The notes under the pieces were generated by a model. The model saw nothing but the letters and a program-made list of their open reading frames with translations. It was not told where the DNA came from and did no database searches. This document shows, in pieces, positions 31,401 to 41,052 of a stretch of 64,000 nt of DNA; positions within the stretch are counted from its first letter, which is position 1, and each line of letters opens with the position of its first letter. This DNA comes from Corallococcus sp. bb12-1 (GTDB taxonomy: Bacteria; Myxococcota; Myxococcia; Myxococcales; Myxococcaceae). The position numbers and the translations under genes were made by a program. The DNA is taken from NCBI RefSeq assembly GCF_026626765.1, contig NZ_JAPNJZ010000012.1, forward strand, positions 205,012-269,011, read 5' to 3'.

Positions 31401-32159
31401 ATGGCACAGATCAAGCTCGGAGAACTGCTGATCAAGGCGAACGTCCTGCAGGAGAGCCAGCTCAAGGCGGCGCTCGCCGAGCAGGCCAAGTGGGGCGGGA
31501 AGCTGGGCGAGATCCTCGTCCGGATGAACCTCGTCTCCGAGGACATCCTCGTGCGCGCCCTGTCGAAACAACTGGGCATGCCGGCGGTGAACCTGGACGC
31601 CGTGCAGATGGTTCCGCCGCACGTGAAGGCGAAGATTCCCTCGCAGACGGCGCGCGACTTCTCCGTCGTGCCGCTCCAACTGCGCGACGACGGCAAGACG
31701 TTGGTGGTGGCCATGTCGGACCCGCTCAACGTGCGGGTGCTCGACGAGCTCCGGGCCCTGTCCAAGTGCCGCATCGTGGCCAACGTGGCGGGCCGTACGT
31801 CGGTGGCGCGGGCGTTCGCGCGCCTCTACGAGGAGTCCGCGGAGCTGGAGGACGCGGACACGAACTTCAAGGTGGTGGACGCCCAGGGGCGTACCGTCGT
31901 GAAGAGCCTCAAGGACCTGGAGGCGGCCGGCGCCGCAGCCACCGCGCCCGCTCCGGCCCGTCCGGCGGCCCCCGCGGCCCGTCCGGCGCCCCCCGCGGAG
32001 GCGCCCCGTTCGGCGGCCTCCGGCAGTCCGGCGGAGCTGCTCAAGAGCGTGGAAGAGGTCCAGCGCAAGGAGGTCGCGGCGCTCAAGGCCATGGTGGAGC
32101 TGCTCATCGAGAAGGGCGTTTTTTCTCGCGAGGAATACCTCGCCAAGGTCAAGCGGTAG
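31401..32159 (+). CDS. Stand-alone MshEN (T2SSE_N / GspE N-terminal) domain protein; predicted c-di-GMP binding
   Basis: N-terminus KLGELLIKANVLQESQLKAALAEQ fits the MshEN motif RLGxxL(V/I)xxGx(I/V)xxxQLxxALxxQ. Second …DARDF..VPLQ…D..L.VAM.DPLN region. No ATPase domain. Confidence 0.75.
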   Translation: MAQIKLGELLIKANVLQESQLKAALAEQAKWGGKLGEILVRMNLVSEDILVRALSKQLGMPAVNLDAVQMVPPHVKAKIPSQTARDFSVVPLQLRDDGKTLVVAMSDPLNVRVLDELRALSKCRIVANVAGRTSVARAFARLYEESAELEDADTNFKVVDAQGRTVVKSLKDLEAAGAAATAPAPARPAAPAARPAPPAEAPRSAASGSPAELLKSVEEVQRKEVAALKAMVELLIEKGVFSREEYLAKVKR

Positions 32160-32168
32160 CCAGCGGCC

Positions 32169-33154
32169 ATGCGCAAGAAGATTGGTGAACTCCTCGTCCA
32201 GGCCGGAGTGGTCACGGACGAGCAGGTGAAGCAGGCCCTTGCCTCCGGGCGGCGCGGTCAGGGCCGCAAACTGGGGGAAGTGTTGGTGTCCATGGGCCTG
32301 TGCACCGGCCAGGACATCGCGCGCGCGCTGGCGGCGCAGCACGAGCTGCCCTTCGTGGAGATCCCCGAGTACATCCCCCATGGGGTGTCCTCGCTGGTGT
32401 CCATGGACTTCCAGTCCGAGCATCGCGTGCTGCTCTTCGCGCTGGAGCAGGACGGCCGCAGCGAGAAGCTCCACGTCGCGGTGGAGGACCCTGGCAACCT
32501 CATGTTGGTGGATGAACTGCGCTTCCAGTTGCGCAAGCCCCTGAAGGTGTTCGTCGCTTCCTCGGACGACATGGATCAGGCGCTGGCGCGCGGCCGGGGC
32601 GAACCGCTGGACATCGTGGAGGCTGAACCCATGGATGAGATGGACGACGCGGACGATTCGCCGGACATCCTGCCGTCCCCGCCGCCCGCGCCCGCACGGT
32701 CCTCCGCGCGTCCGCCCGCGCCGCCGCCGCTGGACTGGGACCTGCCGCCCCCACCGCCGTCCGACTCACGTCCCGACGGCGCGGACGTGCTGGAGGACCT
32801 GCTGAGCGCGAAGCCCCGCTCCGCGCCGCCCCCGCCGCCCAAGCCCGCCGCGTCGAGGCCGCCGCCTCCGCCGCCCCCGGAGGACTCCGACCCGAACAAG
32901 CCGCGCGTGCCGGTGGTCGTCTTCGGCGGCGCCGCGCAGGGCGTCCGGCCGTCGATGGCGCTCACGCCCACGCCGGACTTCTCCGAGGAGGACCTGGCGG
33001 TGCTGGACGACATCGAGCGCATCTCGCGCGGTGAAGAGGCCAGCCTGGACACGGAGAAGGTGAAGCCCGCGCGCATGGTCGCGAGCCTCATCCGCCTGCT
33101 CATCCGCAAGGGCCTCATCCAGGAGTCGGAGTTCCTGGAGGAGCTGGCCCAGAA

Positions 33155-33158
<4 letters not shown>
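32169..33158 (+). CDS. Stand-alone MshEN (GspE N-terminal) domain protein with long Pro-rich C-terminal region
   Basis: [26 protein letters not shown]…[24 protein letters not shown] (two motif copies). C-terminal helix …[23 protein letters not shown] resembles the C-terminus of the preceding protein. No ATPase domain. Confidence 0.75.
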
Positions 33159-34176
<1,018 letters not shown>

Positions 34177-34180
<4 letters not shown>

Positions 34181-35232
34181 GCGAACCGCTGGTCCAGGTG
34201 CGTGACCTGAAGGTGCACTTCCCGGTGCGCGGCGGCTTCTTCGGACGCGCGAAGGGCGCGGTGCGCGCGGTGGACGGCGTGTCCTTCGACGTCGCGCGCG
34301 GTGAGACGCTGGGCCTCGTGGGGGAGAGTGGTTGCGGCAAGAGCACGCTGGGCCGCGCGGTGCTGCGCCTGCTGGAGCCCACGGCCGGCTCCATCCGCGT
34401 GGACGGACGCGAACTCACCGGCCTGTCGCAGCGCCAGTTGCGGCCCCTGCGTCGGCGCATGCAGCTCGTCTTCCAGGATCCGTACGCCTCGCTCAACCCG
34501 CGCATGACGGTGGGGGACATCCTCGCGGAGCCCTTCGCCATCCACGGCCTCGCGAAGGGCAAGGCGCGCGAGGAGGAGGTGCTGGCGCTCCTGGACGCCA
34601 TGGGCCTGCCTCGCGAGGCCCGGCACCGCTACCCGCACGAGTTCTCCGGCGGGCAACGTCAACGCATCGGGATTGCACGTGCCATCGCGTTGCGTCCGGA
34701 CCTGGTGGTGGCGGACGAGCCCATCAGCGCGCTGGACGTCTCCATCCAGGCGCAGATCGTCAACCTGCTGGTGGACCTGCAGCGCGAGCGCGGGCTCACC
34801 TATGTCTTCATCGCGCACGACCTGAAGATCGTGGAGTACGTGTCCACGCGCGTGGCGGTGATGTACCTGGGCCGCATCGTGGAGGTGGCGCCGTCGCGCG
34901 TGCTGTACGCCGGGCCCCGGCATCCGTACACGCAGGCGCTCCTGTCCGCGGTGCCCGTGCCGGATCCGGAGCGTCCCCGCACGCGCCTGCTCCTGCCGGG
35001 CGAGCCGCCCTCGCCGCTGTCTCCCCCGTCCGGGTGCTCGTTCCACCCTCGCTGCCCCTACGTGATGGAGCGCTGCCGGCGTGAGTCGCCGCCGCTCTAC
35101 CCGCTGGGGGACGGCCACGCCGCCGCGTGCTTCCTGGCCGAAGGGGACGCGCAGCGCGCCGGGCCCGTTCCCCCTGTTTCCGCGTCCGACGGAGGTCCCG
35201 GTGTTCTGGCTCAGCCATCATCACGCGGATGA
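34177..35232 (+). CDS. ABC transporter ATP-binding protein, OppF/DppF type
   Basis: Walker [10 protein letters not shown]. Signature [12 protein letters not shown] overlap with the previous gene. Confidence 0.9.
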
Positions 35233-35608
35233 GTACAACCGCACGTACGTGCTGGGCGGAGTGCGCGTCTGCGCGCGCTGCCTGGGCACCTACCCGGTGC
35301 TCGCCGCTGTCTTCATGGGGCTGTTCGCGCTGAAGGCGCCCCTTGCGTGGACGTGGGACGTGCCGGTGGGAGTGGCGCTCACGCTGCCGGCGCTGGTGGA
35401 CTGGGCGGTGGGGCGCTTCCGTCCGGCCTCGGGCAGCAACGCGGTGCGCACGCTGACGGGGGTGTTGCTGGGGCTGGGACTTGCCCGCTCGCTGTACATC
35501 CACGTGCAGCGCCCCCTGCCGGCGGTGCTGCTGGCACAGGCACTCCTGGTGACAGGGGTGGCGGTCCCTGTCATTCTCGCCACTTACCGGCGTCCACGGC
35601 CGGAATAG
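35201..35608 (+). CDS. DUF2085-like small membrane protein
   Basis: [28 protein letters not shown] matches the conserved H…C.RC.G.Y core of DUF2085, followed by TM helices. GTG start at 35201 is preceded by GGAGG. Overlaps the 3' end of oppF in another frame. Confidence 0.5.
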   Translation: MFWLSHHHADEYNRTYVLGGVRVCARCLGTYPVLAAVFMGLFALKAPLAWTWDVPVGVALTLPALVDWAVGRFRPASGSNAVRTLTGVLLGLGLARSLYIHVQRPLPAVLLAQALLVTGVAVPVILATYRRPRPE

Positions 35609-35671
35609 ACCTTTCCCGCGTGCCTGTCCGTTACAGGCAATGGGCGGGAAGGGGATGGCACCCGTGGCTTC

Positions 35672-36319
35672 ATGGGCACAGGGGGAGTGTTGGCACCCGA
35701 AACCTCAGACGAGCGGCTGATGCTCGCCTTCCAGGCGGGAGACGCGCGCGCGTTCGAAGCGCTGATGCGAAAGCACCGCGCGCCGGTGTTCAACTTCATC
35801 CTGCGCTTCGTCGGGCAGCGGGCGCGGGCGGAGGACGTGCTGCAGGAGACGTGGCTCAAGGTGGTTCGCAGCGCACGGGAATACACGCCGAAGGCCCGGT
35901 TCACGACCTGGCTGTACACCATCGCGAGGAACCTCTGCGTGGACAGCACGCGCAAAGAGAGCTACCGCCAGACGACATCCTTGGAGGCCCCCGTCGGTGG
36001 CACGGACGGGGACGAGGGACGTCCGCTGGGCGAGGGGCTGCCGGACTCCGGTGCCAGTCCGGAGCGCGGGGCGCACAACGCGCGCCTGCGGCCCCTGCTG
36101 GAGCGGGCCCTCGCGGGCCTGCCGGAAGAGCAGCGCGAGGTGTTCGTGTTGCGCGAGTACAGCGGCATCCCGTTCAAGGAGATCGCCGAGGTGACGGGCG
36201 TGTCCGAGAACACGGTGAAGAGTCGGATGCGCTACGCGTTGGAGGGACTGCGCCGTCGTCTGGGAGAACTGGGCGTGGATGGTGACCTGTCGGAGGATGG
36301 AAGGACGGTGGCGGGATGA
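35672..36319 (+). CDS. ECF (group IV) sigma-70 factor
   Basis: Region 2 (…FNFILRFVGQRARAEDVLQETWLKVVRS…) and region 4 HTH (…EVFVLREYSGIPFKEIAEVTGVSENTVKSRMRYALEGLRR…). Confidence 0.85.
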   Translation: MGTGGVLAPETSDERLMLAFQAGDARAFEALMRKHRAPVFNFILRFVGQRARAEDVLQETWLKVVRSAREYTPKARFTTWLYTIARNLCVDSTRKESYRQTTSLEAPVGGTDGDEGRPLGEGLPDSGASPERGAHNARLRPLLERALAGLPEEQREVFVLREYSGIPFKEIAEVTGVSENTVKSRMRYALEGLRRRLGELGVDGDLSEDGRTVAG

Positions 36320-37761
36320 GTGCCCAGAATGCCCATGCGCACGAGGACCGGCTCCTCGACTTCGCCTACGGCGAGCTGCCTGCGTCGGAGGCCCAGTCGC
36401 TGGAGCAGCACGTCCAGGGCTGCGCGCGCTGCTCCAAGGCCCTGTCGGACATCCGCGGCGTGCGCTCCACGATGGCGCACCTGTCGGTCGAACCGCCGCC
36501 GGACGCCGGCCTGGAATCGCTCCTGGCGTACGCGCAGCAGTCCGCGCGCCGCGCCGCCGCGGGGCCCGAACCAAAGCCCTCGCGCTGGCGCCGCTGGCTG
36601 TTGCCCGTGGTGGGCCTGGCCTCGGTGAGCACCTTCGGCTTGCTGACGCTGGAGGTCAGCAAGGACGTCAACCTCCAGCCGACGCTGACCCAGAAGGCCG
36701 AACCGGCGGCAGCGAAGGCGGACCGGACCCGGTCCTATGACGACGCCCCGGCCCGGCCCGCGGCGCCCGCGGCCATGCAGGCCGCGCCGCCCCCCGCGCC
36801 CATGGAGGGCGCGCTGCTGGACCGTGCGCAGCGGATGCAGGCGGAAGCCACCGTGGGCACCAAGGGTGGGGGCGAAGGTCGGCCCTCGGACTGGATGAAC
36901 GCGGGCAGTGGTGGCGCGCTGCTGGAGCGGCGTCGCGGGGCGGAGTCGAAGAAGCAGATGTCCGGCTTCAGCAAGTCGAAGTCGGAAGCGGCGAGGGACG
37001 CGCTCTCGGCCCCGTCGGCGGTGATGGACGACGAGGCGAAGGACTCCGCGCTCGCGCAGGGCTCGCTCGTTGGGAGCCGCTCGGGCCTCGGTGTCAGCAA
37101 TGGTATCGGCAATGGGGGCGGTGGCAGCGACAAGCTCCGCAAGGAAGAGGAAGGCTCGCTGCGGCTGGGCGGCGCGTCCTATGGGCGGGGCCTCGCCAAG
37201 GACGACGACGAGCTCGCGGAAGAGGCCGCGCCACCGCCGCCTGCGGATTCAGTGGTCGCCGCCGCGCCCATGGCGCCTTCCACGCCGCCGATGCCCACGG
37301 GCTCCATGCCCACGGGCTCCGTCCAGCGCAATCAGCAGGCTCCTGGCAAGGCGATGGCCGCCGCCGAGCAGATGCCCGCCACTGTTTCCAAGCCGAAGTC
37401 CGCGCCCGCGGAGAAGGCGGCCCGCGCCGATGCGATGACGACCGCGCGCGATCTGTCGCGTCAGGCGCAGGAAGCCGCGAGCCAGGGCGACCGCGCTCGG
37501 GAGTCCCAGTTGCTGCGCGCCGCGCTCGCGGCCGGGGCCACCGGAAGTGAACGCCTGTCGCTGCTCTCCCGCCTGTGCGAATCGGAGTACGCCCAGGGCC
37601 GGAGGACCGAAGGCGCGGAGGTCTGCGCGCGCATCCTCTCCGAGGCACCCGATTCCGAAGCGGCCCAGCGGGCCGGGCTGTGGCTGGGGCAGGGCGGGGC
37701 GGCGACCGTCCCCGTCAAGAAGGCCCCGGCCCAGGCCGCCCCTCTGCCGTCCAAGCAGTAG
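36316..37761 (+). CDS. Anti-sigma factor (zinc-finger HxxxCxxC N-terminal domain, one TM, large Ala/Pro-rich periplasmic region)
   Basis: ATGA overlap with the ECF gene. LEQHVQGCARCSKAL motif. TM WRRWLLPVVGLASVSTFGLLTL. Confidence 0.75.
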   Translation: MSAQNAHAHEDRLLDFAYGELPASEAQSLEQHVQGCARCSKALSDIRGVRSTMAHLSVEPPPDAGLESLLAYAQQSARRAAAGPEPKPSRWRRWLLPVVGLASVSTFGLLTLEVSKDVNLQPTLTQKAEPAAAKADRTRSYDDAPARPAAPAAMQAAPPPAPMEGALLDRAQRMQAEATVGTKGGGEGRPSDWMNAGSGGALLERRRGAESKKQMSGFSKSKSEAARDALSAPSAVMDDEAKDSALAQGSLVGSRSGLGVSNGIGNGGGGSDKLRKEEEGSLRLGGASYGRGLAKDDDELAEEAAPPPPADSVVAAAPMAPSTPPMPTGSMPTGSVQRNQQAPGKAMAAAEQMPATVSKPKSAPAEKAARADAMTTARDLSRQAQEAASQGDRARESQLLRAALAAGATGSERLSLLSRLCESEYAQGRRTEGAEVCARILSEAPDSEAAQRAGLWLGQGGAATVPVKKAPAQAAPLPSKQ

Positions 37762-37811
37762 CAGCTCCGGGGGACGGCGACGTCCGTCCCCCAGGTGACG
37801 CTCCAGTCCAG

Positions 37812-38114
37812 ATGACCGATGCAGCGGGCCTCCGGAGCCTGGATACTGGGAGGATGACGCCGGTCGTGGATCATCCCCCCGTGAGCACCCCCCGGAAGAC
37901 AGCGTCGCGCTCCCTGCGCCGGGCCAGTCGGGGTCAGGCGATGGTCGAGTACTCGGCGCTCAACTGGGTGCTGCTCGTGGCGCTCGTCGTCGGTGCCACC
38001 GTGAAGATCCAGTGGTCCGATGACCGGCAGAGCAACGTCATCGACCTGTTCCTCGAGGCGTACGAGATCTATTACGACTCGTTCTACTTCGTGTTGAACC
38101 TGCCGTTCCCCTGA
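37812..38114 (+). CDS. Flp/Fap-family type IVb prepilin (Tad pilus subunit)
   Basis: …RRASRG/QAMVEYSALNWVLLVALVVGATV… matches the Flp processing motif G/XXXXEY followed by a hydrophobic helix. Mature length about 59 aa. Alternative start ATG 37854. Confidence 0.6.
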   Translation: MTDAAGLRSLDTGRMTPVVDHPPVSTPRKTASRSLRRASRGQAMVEYSALNWVLLVALVVGATVKIQWSDDRQSNVIDLFLEAYEIYYDSFYFVLNLPFP

Positions 38115-38223
38115 CGCAGGGAGCCACGCGGATCATCGGCGGTCGCGCGGCCCAACCCAACAGGCAGGGAGGCGCTGGGGCCTCCGGGTGTCCTGGGATT
38201 CCGTTCTATCGTGAGAGGTGGTT

Positions 38224-38253
38224 TTGACACCTGCTCTGGCGCATGGCTAACAT
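38224..38253 (+). promoter_or_regulatory. Candidate sigma-70-type promoter upstream of cpaB (TTGACA-N18-TAACAT)
   Basis: ttgaca at 38224-38229 and taacat at 38248-38253 within the 228-bp flp-cpaB intergenic gap. Confidence 0.35.
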
Positions 38254-38341
38254 CCCACCCGTTCGCGCCCTGGCACCGCCCCCTCGTCAAAGCTGTCTTG
38301 CCGCCACGACGGCGCCCCACCGTTCTGGAGGACCTTGAACC

Positions 38342-39157
38342 ATGTTGAAGGGTAAGACCCCGCTCGTCGTCGCGCTGGTGCTCGGTTTGCTCGCGGGCAT
38401 CGTGGCCTATTCGGCCATCAAGAAGAAGGAATCGGATGTGCGTCGCGGGTGGAATCTGGTGCCCGTGGTGGTCGCGGGCACGGACATGCCCGAAGGGACG
38501 GTCATCACGTACGAGATGATCTCCCAGCGCTCCGTGCCCGAGCAGTTCGTCACCTCGTCGGTGGTGAAGCCGGACTCGGCCAACTACATCGTGAACCAGA
38601 AGGTGTTGGTGGCGCTGCAGGCCGGCGACCCCATCCTCTGGAGCCAGTTCGAGACGACGAAGGCCGCCGAGCGCCTGTCGACGAAGGTGCAGAAGAAGGC
38701 GCGCGCCATCACCATCGAGGCGAAGCACACGACGTCGGTGGGCGGCTGGATCCGTCCCAACGACCACGTGGACATCATCGGCACGTTCCGCGATCCGCAG
38801 ACGGACGAGAGCGTCGCCGTGACGCTGCTGCAGAACATCATCGTGGTCGCCACGGGCAAGATCACCGGCACCACGAACATCAACCTCATCCCGGAGAGCC
38901 AGCGCGAGTACTCCAACGTGTCGCTGATGGTGCTGCCGGAAGAGGCGGAGATCCTGGTGCTGGCAGCGGAGCTGGGCAACCTGACCCTGTCCTTGCGCAA
39001 CGAGGACGACGTGGACCTCATCGAGGAGCGCGGTCGCGCCACCATCAGCACGCTGCTGTCCGGCGAGCGCACCCGGGTGCTGGAGCAGAAGCGCCGGGAG
39101 ATCATCCAGATCATCAAGGGCGGCACCGGCGAGAAGGCCTCGGCCGGCTCTCCGTAG
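38342..39157 (+). CDS. cpaB: Flp pilus assembly protein CpaB/RcpC (SAF-domain)
   Basis: N-terminal TM (LVVALVLGLLAGIVAY). SAF-like region. Characteristic …ITIEAKHTTSVGGWIRPNDHVDII… CpaB core. Confidence 0.85.
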   Translation: MLKGKTPLVVALVLGLLAGIVAYSAIKKKESDVRRGWNLVPVVVAGTDMPEGTVITYEMISQRSVPEQFVTSSVVKPDSANYIVNQKVLVALQAGDPILWSQFETTKAAERLSTKVQKKARAITIEAKHTTSVGGWIRPNDHVDIIGTFRDPQTDESVAVTLLQNIIVVATGKITGTTNINLIPESQREYSNVSLMVLPEEAEILVLAAELGNLTLSLRNEDDVDLIEERGRATISTLLSGERTRVLEQKRREIIQIIKGGTGEKASAGSP

Positions 39158-39229
39158 TGGCCCGCGGGGGCTGCTTCGTCTGAAGCAGCCCCGCCGGCTT
39201 CTCCCTCTTCCTCACGGGGATTCCCGCCC

Positions 39230-40075
39230 ATGCTCGCAGGTATCGTCCTCCTTCTCGTCACCGGCTCGGTGTTCTTCTTCAGCCTGGTGATCTTCAGCGT
39301 CCTGTCGAAGGCGTATGAGCAGTACCAGGAGCGCTACGTCGCCAAGTCGATGAACGACTTGAGCGACATGTTCCTCTTCATCGACGCGCGGCAGATGTTG
39401 ATCCTCAACATCGCCATGATGTGCCTCCTGGGCATCCTCAGCTACATCATCTTCAACCCCATCCTGGCGTTGATCGCGACCATCTTCGGCTTCTTCCTGC
39501 CGATGCTGATGGTGAAGCACTACCGCAAGCGCCGGATCAAGAAGTTCAACGTGCAGCTCGTGGACGCGCTGCAGGCCATGGCCAACGCGTTCAAGGCGGG
39601 CCTCACGTTCCCCCAGGCCATCGAGCACGTGGCGCGCGAAGCAATGCCGCCGCTGTCCCAGGAGTTCGGCCTGTTCGTGAAGGAAGTGAAGCTGGGCGTC
39701 CCCCTGGAAGAGGCCCTGGTGAACATGGGCCGCCGCGTGGGCAGTGACGACCTGGAGCTGGTGGTGGTGTCCACCAACATCGCGCGCCAACTGGGCGGCA
39801 ACATGGCGGAGATGTTCGAGACCATCTCCACGGTGATCCGCGAGCGCTTCCGCCTGGAGGGCAAGATCGACGCCCTCACGTCCCAGGGCAAGCTGCAGGG
39901 GTGGATCGTCGCGGCCATGCCGGCTGTCCTCGGCATGGTGCTCAACTACATGCGCCCGGACCTGATGGAGCCGATGTTGGATCACCTCTTCGGCTACATC
40001 CTGGTGACCATCATCGCCATCATGGAGATCATGGGCATCCTCATCATCCGGAAAATCGTCAACATCGACATTTGA
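39230..40075 (+). CDS. tadB: Tad pilus inner-membrane platform protein TadB (T2SS-F domain)
   Basis: N-terminal TM. T2SSF domain pattern (…LVDALQAMANAFKAGLTFPQAIEHVA…). C-terminal TMs. 281 aa. Confidence 0.85.
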   Translation: MLAGIVLLLVTGSVFFFSLVIFSVLSKAYEQYQERYVAKSMNDLSDMFLFIDARQMLILNIAMMCLLGILSYIIFNPILALIATIFGFFLPMLMVKHYRKRRIKKFNVQLVDALQAMANAFKAGLTFPQAIEHVAREAMPPLSQEFGLFVKEVKLGVPLEEALVNMGRRVGSDDLELVVVSTNIARQLGGNMAEMFETISTVIRERFRLEGKIDALTSQGKLQGWIVAAMPAVLGMVLNYMRPDLMEPMLDHLFGYILVTIIAIMEIMGILIIRKIVNIDI

Positions 40076-40088
40076 AACGAGGCGCACC

Positions 40089-40979
40089 GTGCAGGAGATT
40101 CTGACAGCCTTGTTGATCGGTGGCTCGACGCTGCTGACCGTGGGGGCCTTTACGTTCCTGGGCGTGGGCCTCTACACCAACGTCCTGGAGCACTTCCTCA
40201 CGGAGGTCCGCGACGAGTCCGCGGGCGGCATGAAGGGCGTGGGCTCCGTCGCCATCCGCAAGTTGGGGGCGATGAACCGGCGCTTCATGTGGCCGGGCTA
40301 CGAGTCCAAGACGCGCCGCAAGCTCATCAAGGCGGGCGAACCGTCGCAGTACAAGCCCGAGGACATCATGGCGCTGCAGGAAGTCAGCGCCTTCCTGGCC
40401 CTGCTGGCCGGCCTCTTCGTCATCAACGGCATCGGGATGAACCTGGCCTGGTCGCTGCTGGTGATGCTGTTGGGCCTGTTCTATCCGCTCATCTGGTTGA
40501 ACGATCAGGTGAAGCGCCGTCACCTGGCCATCAGCCGCGCGCTTCCGTACAACATCGACCTGCTGACGCTGTCGGTGGAAGCGGGCATGGACTTCACGGG
40601 CGCGCTGGCGAAGGTGGTGGAGAAGGGTCGCCAGGGGCCGCTGCGCGAGGAGCTGCAGCTGGTGCTCAAGCAGCTCAAGATGGGCAAGACGCGTGAAGAG
40701 GGCTTGAAGGGCATGATCGCGCGCGTGGACCTGCCGCCCCTGACGACGTTCGTCACGGCGCTGATCCAGGCGGACAAGATGGGCACCAGCCTGGGCAAGG
40801 TGCTGCGCATCCAGTCCACGCAGATGCGCATCGACCGGACGCAGCGCGCGGAGAAGCTGGCGGGTGAAGCGCCGGTGAAGATGCTCTTCCCGCTCATCGC
40901 CTGCATCTTCCCGACGGTGTTCATGGTGCTCTTCGGGCCCATCGTGTTCCAGTTCATGTACGGCAACGTCGGGGGCTAG
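40089..40979 (+). CDS. tadC: Tad pilus inner-membrane platform protein TadC (T2SS-F domain)
   Basis: T2SSF domain (…LPYNIDLLTLSVEAGMDFTGALAKVVE…). GTG start. 296 aa. Confidence 0.85.
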   Translation: MQEILTALLIGGSTLLTVGAFTFLGVGLYTNVLEHFLTEVRDESAGGMKGVGSVAIRKLGAMNRRFMWPGYESKTRRKLIKAGEPSQYKPEDIMALQEVSAFLALLAGLFVINGIGMNLAWSLLVMLLGLFYPLIWLNDQVKRRHLAISRALPYNIDLLTLSVEAGMDFTGALAKVVEKGRQGPLREELQLVLKQLKMGKTREEGLKGMIARVDLPPLTTFVTALIQADKMGTSLGKVLRIQSTQMRIDRTQRAEKLAGEAPVKMLFPLIACIFPTVFMVLFGPIVFQFMYGNVGG

Positions 40980-41052
40980 TCCTCTGCCGATCCTGCTCAC
41001 CATCACCCAGGGGCTCCAGGTTGGTAGGGAGCTCGCCTTCGAGCAGGCCGAG

